This document shows positions 50,022 to 60,940 of a stretch of DNA of 64,000 nucleotides, one piece after another. The DNA comes from Mobula hypostoma. Taxonomy: Eukaryota. The stretch is from NCBI RefSeq assembly GCF_963921235.1, contig NC_086097.1, positions 130,636,001 through 130,700,000 on the forward strand. The letters are read 5' to 3'. Each line of letters starts with the position of its first letter. Positions within the stretch are counted from its first letter, which is position 1. The notes below the pieces were generated by a model, which did no database searches, was not told the DNA's origin, and saw only the letters and a list, made by a program, of their open reading frames with translations. Made by a program: the position numbers and the translations under genes.

Positions 50022-53000
50022 CGCAAACACGAGGAAATCTGCAGATGCTGGAAATTCAAGCAACACACATAAAAATTGCTGGTGAACACAGCAGGCTAGG
50101 CAGCATCTAAAGGAAGAGGTACAGTCGGTGTTTTGGCCCAAGACCCTTCGTCAGGACTAACTGAAGGAAGAATTAGTAAGAGATTTAAAAGTGGGAGGGG
50201 GAGGTGGAGATCTGAAATGATAGGAGAAGACAGGAGGGGGAGGGATGGAGCTAAGAGCTAGAAAATTGATTGGCTAAAGGGATATGAGAGGATCATGGGA
50301 CAGGAGGCCGAGGGAGAAAGAAAGGGGGAAGGGGGAAGCCCAGAGGATGGGCAAGGAGTATAGTGAGAGGGACAAAGGGAGAAAAGGGAGAGGGAGAAGA
50401 AAAAAATTGATAATTAATAGATAGATAGATAGATAAATAAATAACGGATGGGGTACGAAGGGGAGGTGGGGCATTAATGGAAGTTAGAGAAGTCAATGTT
50501 CATGATATCAGGTTGGAGGCTACCCAGATGGAATATAAGGTGTTGTTCCTCCAACCTGAGTGTGGCTTCATCTTGACAGTAGAGGAGGCTGTGGATAGAC
50601 ATATCAGAATGGGAATGGGACGTGGAATTAAAATGTGTGGCCACTGGGAGATCCTGCTTTCTCTGGCAGACAGAGCGTAGGTGTTCAGCGAAACGGTCTC
50701 CCAGCCTGCACCGGGTCTCGCCAATACATAGAAGGCCACATCGGGCACCGGATGCAGTATATAACCCCAGCGGACTCACAAGTGAAGTGTCGCCTCACCT
50801 GGAAGTACTGTCTGGGGCCCTGAATGGTGGTAAGGGAGGAAGTGTAAGGGCATGTGTAGCACTTGTTCCGCTTACAAGGATAAGTGCCTGGAGAGAGATC
50901 AGTGGGAAGGGATGGGGGGGGAACAAATGGACAAGGGAGGCGCGTAGGGAGCGATCCCTGTGGAAAACAGAAATGGGGGGAGGGAAAGATGTGCTCAGTG
51001 GTGGGATCCATTGGAGATGGAGGAAGTAACAGAGAATTATATGTTGGACCTGGAGGTTGGTGGGGAGGTAGGAAAGCATAAGGGGAACCCTATTCCTGGT
51101 GGGGTGGCGGGAGGATGGAGTGAGAGCAGATGTGCGTGAAATGGGAGAGATGTGTTTGAGAGCAGAGTTGATGGTGGAGGAAAGGAAGCCCCTTTCTTTA
51201 AATAAGGAGGACATTTCCTTCATCCTGGAATGAAAAGCCTCATCCTGAGAGCAGATGCGGTGGAGACGGAGTAATTGCGAAAAGGGGATGGCATTTTTGC
51301 AAGAGACAGGGTGAGAAGAGGAATAGTCCAGGTAGCTGTGAGAGTCCGTAGGCTTATAGTAGACATCAGTAGATAAGCTGTCTCCAGAGATAGAAACAGA
51401 AAGATCAAGAAAGGGTAGGGAGGTGTCGGAAATGGACCAGGTAAACTTGAGGGCAGGGTGAAAATTGGAAGCAGAGTTAAAGAAGTCAAGGAGCTCAGCA
51501 TGCGTGCAGGAAGCAGCGCCAATGCAGTCGTCGATGTAGCAAAGGAAAATTGGGAGACAGATACCAGTATAGGTTCGGAACATGGATTGTTCCACAAAGC
51601 CAACAAAAAAGCAGGCATAGCTGGGACCCATACGGGTGCCCATGGCTAGACCTTTAGTTTGGAGGAAGTGGGAGGAGTCAAAGGAAATAAGAGTAAGGAC
51701 TGATTCCGCTAGATGGAGCAGAGTGGTGGTAGAGGGGAACTGGTTAGGCCTAGAATCCAAAAAGAAGCGGAGAGCTTTGAAACCTTCCTGGTGGGGGATG
51801 GCAGTATATAGGGACTGGACATCATGGTGAAAATAAAGCGGTGGGGGCCAGGGAACTTAAAATCATCAAGAAAATTCATAGCATGAGAAGTGTCACGAAC
51901 ATTGGTAGGAAGGGATTGAACAAGGGGGGATAAAACAGTGTCGAGGTATACAGAAATGAGTTCGGTGGGGCAGGAGCAAGCTGAGACAATGGGTCTACCT
52001 GGACAGGCAGGTTTATGGATCTTGGGTTGGAGGTAGAAACAGGAAGTGCATGGTGTGGGATCTATAAAGTTGGTAGCAGTGGATGGGAAATCCCCTGAGC
52101 GGATAAAGTCGGTGATGGTGTGGGAGACAATGGCCTGGTGCTCCTTAGTGGGGTCATGATCGAGGTGTAAATAAGAGGAGGTATCTGCGAGTTGTCGCTG
52201 TGCCTCAGCAAGGTAGAGGTCAGTATACCAGACTACAACAGTACCCCCCTTATCGGCAGGTTTTATAGTAAGGTTAGGATTAGTGGAGAGGGAGTGGAGA
52301 GCAGAGCATTCGGAAGGAGTGAGGTTGGAAAGGGCACAAGGTGCGATGAAGTCGAGACAGTTGATGTCCCGACGGCAGTTAGCAATAAAGAGATCCAGGG
52401 CAGGCAGAAGACCAGAGCGGGGTGTCCATGAAGAGGAGGAGGGTTGAAGACGGGAGGAGGAGTCATCGGTGGGGGTGGGAGAGTCCTTGCTGAAGAAGTA
52501 GGCTCGAAGACGGAGCCGGCGGAAAAAGAGTTCAGCGTCATGGCGAACGCGGAACTCGCTGAGGTGTGGGCGAAGGGAGACAAAGGTAAGGCTCTTACTG
52601 AGGACAGAACACCCTGCCTCAGACAGTTGAAGGACAGAGGGGATGGTAAAGACCCGGCACGGATGAGAGCTGGGATCAGAGGGGGAAGGGGGAGGGAGGC
52701 TGGTAGTGTCAGTGGAGAGGGGAGGGTTGGGGTGAGAGGAAGAAGGAGCCTCTGAGGGCCCAGGAGTAGATGATGGAATGTGAAGGAGATGGGGTTGTAG
52801 AGTGGTGGTGGGGAAGGGCAGATGGGTGTCTTCTCTTATCATTTCAGATCTCCCCCTCCCCCTCCCACTTTCAAATAGTTTACTATCTCTTCTTTCAGTT
52901 AGTCATGACGCAGGGTCTCAGCCCAAAATGTCGACTGTACCTCTTCCTATAGATGCTGCCTGGCCTGCTGCGTTCACCAGCAATTTTTATGCATGTTGTT
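50022..53000 (-). mobile_element. Penelope-like retroelement (RT + GIY-YIG endonuclease), near-complete, frameshifted
   Basis: IKPADKGG, PKIHKPACPGRPIVS, GLAMGTRMGPSYA, YIDD, TDVYYKPT (PLE RT); TCESAGVIYCIRC..IGET..RFAEH (GIY-YIG); ~174-bp inverted termini; TSD atttataaagta (50010-50021, 53001-53012). Confidence 0.95.
50121..50160 (-). ncRNA. Minimal hammerhead ribozyme motif (degenerate copy) in the Penelope terminal repeat
   Basis: Minus strand agtc-CTGACGA-agggtcttgggcc-AAAAC-acc-gact: stem I agtc/gact and the CUGANGA core are intact; GAAAC-GUC is mutated here but intact at 15899-15921. Confidence 0.65.
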
Positions 53001-53554
53001 ATTTATAAAGTAATCAAGTCTTTATTTGTAAAATGGTCTATTAATTAATGTGTTACTTTCTTTAATGAAATACAAACATTTTTCTGTCACTTAACTTTTT
53101 TTTGAAAATGTATGTTTAAAAATCTAAAAATTGTTCTTTTCTACTGACACGCTAATACAGAAAACAAAAAAAATCTAAAACAAAGTTCATATTAAAAAAT
53201 CTAGGGTACCTAAGTCTTGTGCAATACTCTATATACAGAGCTTTTTACTAATTCTATTGCATTTCTTTATTTTCCTGTAAATGGCTGCAAAATGAATTTT
53301 GAAGTAGTATATGGTGACATATACTGTATGTAGTTCAATAATAAATTACTTTTGACTTTGTCCGTGGTGTTTTGAGTGATCCTCTTCTATCAGGACCAGG
53401 GAAACCAATGTTCCCATTTTGTCTTTTCCTAAACTCTGGAATTTCCTCTATAAAATATTCATTTTTGTCCTCTATAGCACCTCTTAGGATCAGCCCCTTT
53501 TATCCAGCTTTGGTCATTTCCCTCAATATTTCATATTTTATATTTCTTACCAAT

Positions 53555-54115
53555 GAGGAGAGAAGCTATTCAGCCCATCAAAACCATGACAGATCTCAGA
53601 GCAATCTCAGGACATTGATTTAAGTTGACAGTGGAACGATTTAATAGGAACTTAAGGGGCAACTATTTTACACAAAGTGTGATCCGTATATGTAATGAGC
53701 CAGAGGAGGTGGTTGAGACAGGTACTATCGTTCCCTGAAAAGACATTTGGACAGGTACATGGACAGGAAAAGTACTGGGTCAAATGCAGGCAAATTGGAC
53801 TAGCTTGGATGGGCATCATAGTCAGTATGGACCAGTTGAGCTAAATGGCTGTCTCCATGCTGTGTGACTCTATCAACCCCATTCCTCATTTATGTTCCTG
53901 TCACCTATTGCCCCTTGGCATCGCTGATTATTCGCACAAGCACTCAGGATAATTTACAATGGTTAACTAACCTACAAATCAGCACTTTTCCTTTTGGATG
54001 TAGGAGGAAATCAGAGCGTCTTCACAAACCCATATCGCCACAGGTAGGATGTGTAGACTCTACACAGATAGCACTGGAGCTCAGCATTGAACAGGTTGCA
54101 CTGCTTGCAACTGCA
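53555..54115 (-). mobile_element. V-SINE with CR1-like tail, interrupted by a plus-strand CR1 3' fragment (~53610-53872)
   Basis: Reverse-complement V domain ttttggatgtaggaggaaatcagagcgtc; related copies at 55503-55760 (-), 56486-56628 (-), ~63330-63530 (+) and 63545-63780 (-). Confidence 0.65.
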
Positions 54116-55502
54116 CCCTGCATTTCAGAATCTTTTTTTGTTCAGTAACACTCATATCAATGTTTTGCGACATTAATAATGCTACTTAAATGAGACTGTT
54201 TGTTAAATATTCTGCACTGCACATATAACTCTCCTGTCTTTTTAAAACAGTATATTCTCTGAGCTACCTTGCGCAACACCAAGAGAAATCCATTGCATAT
54301 ATTGAAGCATGCTGAGCAGTCTCAAATTAATAATTGGAACTGGCACTGAGAGTTTAATGTTACGTGGCCCTTTAAGTTTGGCTGACATTATGTGGCAGCT
54401 GCACTGTATTCAGCAAATATCCTAATAGAATTCCCAGCTAATTTTACTCTGCAATATTGCTTGATTACTCATTGTGTGGTTCAAATAACCTCACTGTGTT
54501 TCTGCTACTTACTGCGTATTTTTCTCTGAGATTATTACTGAGCAATCACTCCCTGCTGTCTGTTATTTAACCCCCAACTATTGACCATAACTACAATGTT
54601 ATTGGTCTGTCCATGATATGAAGCTACTGATAGATCCATTCATTAAAAATACCAGTCTCCTTTACAAATTTGTCTTAGATCAGTGAAATTATGATCTTCA
54701 AACACAAATCCTAGAAGAGCTCTTGTTTTCATAGGGCCTCACTGAATATCTCAAAGTGTGTCACGATTGAGTTATACTTCTGAAGTCTGGTCACCATTGT
54801 AATTTCTAAGAATTACAACTGCGACAGGAACATTGTCCACAATCAGCTATGGCAGAAGTGACCTGAAAGAAAACATTAACTGGTGCCTCAGCAAACTGGA
54901 ATTAATGTTTTATCGATAAGTTGCCATCTCTGACAACATGATGCTCCCTCAGCACTTCACCGAGGTGTTAGTCGAGAAAACTGAAAACTTTGGATCTCAA
55001 AACGAAATCTGGCACTTGTACTGGTTAACAATAACAGATGATCATCAATTTTCTAACACCACTTTATCGTCCAAGTACCTAGGGGTTAAGGAAAATGATT
55101 TAATTTGTTTATTTGTCAAATGTATATCAAAATGGAGACACCACTTTTTCCTTTATTAGGGAGAGAGAGAGAGCCTGTGGAATGTCGAAGTACCGGGTGA
55201 ACGAGTAGGCTTTGGGGTACTGCAAGTCTGTGTCTTTATTGATGCTTTGCTGCATGCTTGAGTGCTCAGTAGACAGTGCCGATGCTTTTTTTTTGCAGGT
55301 GGGGGGAGGGGGGTGTTGTTGCTTTGCTGCTGCTTACACGTGCTAGGGGGGATCTGGAGGAGGGGGCTTTGGGGTTCTAACATTTAACTGTCATTCATTC
55401 TTTGGGGCACTCCTCTGTTTTCGTGGATGTTTGCGAAGAAAAAGAATTTCAGGATGTATATTGCATACATTTCTCTGACATTAAATGTACCTTTGAAACT
55501 TT

Positions 55503-55760
55503 GAAACATATGTCAATGACCAACACAGTCCAAGGATTGTGCTGGGGACAGGCGCAAGTGACAGCGTGCTTCTGGTGCCAACATAGCATGTACGCAACTC
55601 ACTATCCGGTACATCTTTGGAAGGTGGGAGGAAACCAGAGCACCCAAAGGAAACCCATGCCATCATGGGGGAGAACATACAAAGTGCTTCCAGACACTGG
55701 CAGGAATTGAACCCCGATTGGATATCACTTGTACCGTAGAGCATTGAGCTAACTGCGGGG
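55503..55760 (-). mobile_element. V-SINE
   Basis: Reverse complement of the 1140-1472 family (ctttggaaggtgggaggaaaccagagcaccc..ggaattgaaccc). Confidence 0.8.
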
Positions 55761-56898
55761 GTAATTTAAGGCTAGACCAGTCATTAATCGGCGTGGAGCT
55801 TGGCTCACTCTCAAAGCCATCACATTGCACGGGGTAAATGCTCTGATTAAATTATTGAAATAATGGCCTGGTCTTTGGGGTCTTTGGTGAAGCATTCCAA
55901 ACCATCATCAAAGAAATCTGGCAGTCCCTGCTGCTCCGACAATATCCAGCATGGAGCAGGCTGCTTGACTGACACAGTTTCCTCTCATTCCCTGCATGAT
56001 TGGCTGCATCAACAAAATGCATTCACCAACATTACTCTGACAACACCTTGCAAATCCATGACCTCCAGAAAGACCAGGACATCACTAACATGGGAAAACC
56101 GGCACTCAAGCTTCACAGGCAAAGCCTGTATATTTAGAATTGTAATGTCATTCCTTGATCTTGACTGGCTCAAAATTCTGGAACTCTCAATCTACCAGCA
56201 TGGAGTACCTTTATCACACAAGGGGTTGAAGAGGGTGGTTCATGGTCGATTAAGAATGGTTGATGAATACAGGCCTTTCCAGCGATACTCAAAGTCAAGT
56301 TTATTACCATATGCACAAGTACATGTATGCACAGATGCAATGAAAAGCTTACTTGCAGCATCACCCGGCACAGAGCATTAGTGACACAACAATCACTTCC
56401 CAAGAATGTGTATGAAATTTTTGGATTAAATTATAAGGACTGCCTATCATTGAACTCAAAATATGGGTATCCTGCAAACCGTCAGATTCAGACTTAGTTT
56501 TATCTATCACTTGTACATTGAAACATACAGTGAGATATGCTATTTGCATTAACAATCAATACACCCAAGGATGTGCCGGGGACAGATTACAAACGTCACC
56601 ACACATTCCAGCGCCAATATAGCATGCCTACAGGAGGCTCTCAATGAGTCAGGGTCAACCACGGATATTGCATCCTAGCTGTGTATGTGATACACAAACC
56701 AGGGCAGTACGATACGGAGAGCAATCTGTTGCCCATGCAGCAAGCTCCCCCTCTTCATGCGGCTGATGAATCCAAAGAAATGGCAGAGACCGATACAGTT
56801 TGGCACCAGTGCCATTGTAGGAGTTGCCAGTCAGCATTGAACTTAACATAGGACTGCCTTAGGGGCTGCAGTTCAGGACTTTTCCTTGGATTTACTCC

Positions 56899-59800
56899 AT
56901 TTATTCCAGCGGCAGGTGCAGGCCATGCCGACGAGCTCTCTGGCAGGTTTAGCGATGCTGGGTTAAAAGGAGAACTTTGTGGGCGTTCAGGCTCAATCTG
57001 GCGGCCCAATCAGTGGCAGGAGCAGGCCACAGCAACGAGGTTTCTCACAGGTTAGTGACGCTTGTTTAAAAGTACAGATGGCACAAGTGGGGCAGCCACT
57101 GTCAGGGTGGCTATTGTTGGGAGTAGGCCAGTGGTGAGAGCAGGAGTGTCAGGATTTGGCTCAAAGGAGGCTTCAGCTCAGAAGAGGCACTGGATCTGGG
57201 TAAGCTTCTGTTAAGGTTCCATTTTTTTTTTTATCTCTCTTACTGTACCTAGTGTAGTAAATGGCTGTTGTGTGTTCTTCATGCCGGATGTTGGAGTCCT
57301 GGGAGACTGCATCCAGTTGTAGCTCCTTGAAGACCGTGTTAGGGGTCTTGAGAAGCTTGAACAGGAGAGCGAGGAGATCCTTGATCAGAGTTACAGGGAA
57401 GTAGTCACCCCTAAGTTGCCAGACATGTGCAGCTGGGTGATTTTCAGAAGAAACGGAAATGTGAATAGGCAGTTAGTGCAGAGCACCCCTGTGGCTATTC
57501 CCCTCAATAATAAGTATTACGCTTCGGATACCGTTGGGGGGTTGACCTCCCAGGAGACTGGGTTTCCTCTGGGAACATAGGTCCATGGTGCAGAAGGGAA
57601 AGTGGGAGAAGAGGGGAGTGATTGTGATAGGGAACTCTATAGACAGGAGATTCTGTAGATTCTATGGTCAAGGGCCATCCAGATGGTATGCTGCCTACCT
57701 AGTGCCAGGGTCAGGGACATTTCGGATCGCACCTACAGCATTTTGGAAAGGGAGGGAGAGCAGCCAGATGTCTTGGTCCATATTGGTACCAATGACATAG
57801 GAAAGAAACCAAAGAGGTCCTGAAAAGAGAATTTAGAGAGCGAGGTAGAAAGGCCTCCCAGGTAGTAATTTCTGAGTTGCTGCCAGTGCCATGTGCCAGT
57901 GAGAGTAGAAACAGGATGATTTGGCAGACTAATGCGTGACTGAGAAGCTGGTGCGGGAGGCAGCGACTGGGGTTCATGGATCATTGGGATCTCTTCTGGG
58001 GGAGGTATGGGTTGCACCTGAACCCAAGGAGGACCAATATTCTTGCGCGCAGGTTTGTTAGAGCTGTTGTGGAGGGTTTAAACTAATTTGGCAGGGGGGT
58101 ATGAACTGGAGTGAAGGGACTCAGGATATTATGGATGGTAAAAAAGCAAAGATAGCGTGCAGTTAGACTGTCAGGAAGGGCAGGCAAATGATAGGACAAA
58201 ATTGGAGCCAGCAGGGTGAGTATCAGTGCATTTTGGATGCAGAATCTAAAAGGATAGCAAATACATGCTCAAAGTGTTATATCTCTGTGGTAAACCATGT
58301 ACATATGTTGTAACTCGGTTACCTGTCTGGACACACACCTCTGCTGACTGCCCCTGTGGCTCCTCTGACTGCCCCTGTGGCTCCTCCCACAGAGTCCTGT
58401 ATAAAGGTGTTCGCCTTGCCCCTCCCCCTCAGTCCGGGGGCAGACACTCACTGTGGAGGTCACATTGTACAGCGAATAAAAGCCTTTCAGTATTTTACCA
58501 AACTTCAGTCTTTTGGAGTAATTGAAGGTGCTTCAATTTTATTCGCTGTACAATACGACCTCCACAGTGAGTGTCTGCCCCCGGACTGAGGGGGAGGGGC
58601 AGGGCGAACACCTTTATACAGGACTCTGTGGGAGGAGCCACAGGGGCAGTCAGCAGAGGTGTGTGTCCAGACAGGTAACCGAGTTACAACATATATACAT
58701 GGTTTACCACAATCTCAATGCATGGAGTATAAGAAATATAGTGGATAGTCTTGTTGCACTTATGCAGATTGTCAGGTATGATGTTGTGGCCATCACTGAA
58801 CTGTGGCTGAAGGATGGTTGTAGCTGGGAGCCAAACGTCCATGGTTGTACATTGTATTGGAAGGATAGGAAGGTAGGAAGAGGAGTTGGTGTGGCTCTGC
58901 TGGTAAAGAATGGCATCAAATCAGTAGGAAGATGTGACGTAGGATCAGAAGATGCTGACTCCTTGTGGGATGAGTTAAGAAACTGCAAGGGTAGAAGGAC
59001 CCTGATGCCAGTTATATACAGGCCTCTGAACAGTAGCTGGGATGTGGACCACAGATTACAATGGGAAATAGAAAAGGCATGTCAAAAGAGCGATGTTATG
59101 GTAGTAATGGGAGATTACAATATACACATTGATTGGGAAAACCAGGTTGGTAATGGATCTCAAGAGAATGAGTTTGTTGAATGCCTACAAGAAGGCTCTT
59201 TAGAGCAGTTTGTCATCCAGCCTACTAAGGGATCAGCTATACCGGATTGGGTGTTATGTAAAGAACTGGAGGTGATTAGGGAGTTTAAGGTAAAAGAACC
59301 CTGAGGAGTACGTGATTCAAATATGATTGAATTCAACTTGAAATTTGATAGGGAGAAAATAAAGTCTGACATAGCAGTATTTCAATCAAGTGAAGTAAAT
59401 TTCAGGGGTATGAGAAAGGAGTTGGCTAAAGCAAATTGGAAGAAGATGCTGGCAGGGATGACAGCAGAGCAGCAATGGTGTGAGTTTCTGGGAAAAATAA
59501 GGAAGATGTGAGTGAGATATATTCCAAAAACAAAGAAATACTCAAATGGAAAAATTGTACAGCCTTGGCTGACAAGGGAAGTCAAAGCTAAAGTAAACGC
59601 AAAAAAGAGGGCATACAACAAAGCAAAAATTAGTGGGAAGACAGAGGATTAGGAAGCTTTTAAAAGCCTGCAGAATGCAACTAAAAGAGTCATTAGGAGG
59701 GAAAGATGAAATATGAAAGCATGCTAGCAAACAATATCAAAGTGGTTGGTAAAAGTTTTTTCAAATATGTAAAAAATAAAAGAGAGATGAGAGTGGATAT

Positions 59801-60940
59801 AGGACCATTAGAAAATGAGACCGGAGAAATAAAAATGGAGGACAAGCAGATGACAGATGAACTAAATGGATATTTGCATCAGGCTTCACTTTGGAAGACG
59901 CTAGCAGTGTGCCAGATGCTGAAGGGTGCGGGGGAAGAGAAGTGAATGCAGTTACTATTACAAGAGAAAGGTATTGGTATTGGGACCACTTCTTTTTATG
60001 CTGTATATTAATGATTTGGGTGATTGAATAGATAACTTTGTTACCAAGTCTGCAGATGATACAAAGATTGGTGAAGAGACAGGTAGTGCTGCGGAAACAC
60101 GTAGGCTGGAGAAGAACTTAGACAGATTAGGAGAATGGGCAAGAAAGTGGCACTCTGGTATAGAAATAAACATGCAGACTATTTTCTACATGGGGAGAAG
60201 ATCCAAAAAATTGAGATGCAGAAGGACTTGGCAGTCCTTGTGCAGAACAACCTAAAGGTTAACTTGCAGGTAGAGTTAGTGGTGAGAAAGGCAAATGCAA
60301 TGTTAGCATTCATTTCAAGAGGTCTAGAATACAAGAGCAGAGATGTGATGCAGAGGCTTCAAAAGGCACTGGTGAGGCCTCATCTTGAGTATTGAGAACA
60401 GTTTTGGGCTCCTGATCTAAGAGGAGATGTGCTGGCATTAGAGAGTGTTCAGAAGAGGTTCACAAGGACAAGTCTGGGAATGAAAGTGTTATCATATGAG
60501 GAACATTTGATAGCTCTGGGTCTGTACGCACTGGAATTTAGAAGGACGAGGGGGGATCTCATTGAAACCTTTAGAATGTTGAAAGGCCTAGACGGAGTAT
60601 ATATGGAAAAAATGTTTCCCATGGTGGGAGAGTCTAGGACAAGGGGGTACAGCCTCAGGATAGATGGGCATCCATTTAAAACAGAGATATTTCTTCAGTC
60701 AGAGAGTGACAAACTTGTGGAATTTATTACCACAGGCAGCTGTGGAGGCCAGGTCATTGGGCGTATTTAAGGGAGAGTTTGATCGGTTCTTGATTGGACA
60801 CAGTATCAAAGGCTACAGGGAGAAGGCTGGGGAGTGGGATTGAGGAGGGGAAAAAAGTATCAGCCATGATTGAATGGAAGAGCAGACCTGATGGGCCAAA
60901 CAGCCTAATTCTGCTCCTATGTCTTATGGTCCTATGATCT
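56899..60940 (+). mobile_element. CR1 LINE with both ends present and internal deletions
   Basis: 5' UTR, ORF1 remnants, LNAWSIRN..ITELWL..YRPLNS..MGDYN endonuclease, RT C-terminus, 3' end cctatgtcttatggtcctatgatct. Confidence 0.9.
58286..58711. mobile_element. LTR-derived fold-back (palindromic) insertion, 426 bp
   Basis: Arms 58286-58481 and 58537-58711 are inverted copies; TG..CA ends; 5-bp TSD ATCTC (58281-58285, 58712-58716); TATAAA at 58400, AATAAA at 58475. Confidence 0.9.

Larger units (their letters stand above)
48668..53229 (-). mobile_element. Tc1-like DNA transposon (second family), interrupted by Penelope insertions
   Basis: TIRs tagtactgtgcagaagtcttaggcac / gtacctaagtcttgtgcaatactc followed by TA; transposase start MARVSKVTRSNVVILHQQGLSQAEI at 49811. 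Confidence 0.8.

Noticed and set aside
58522..59304. 260-aa novel fusion ORF
   Set aside because: Chance read-through from the fold-back arm into the CR1 endonuclease frame.
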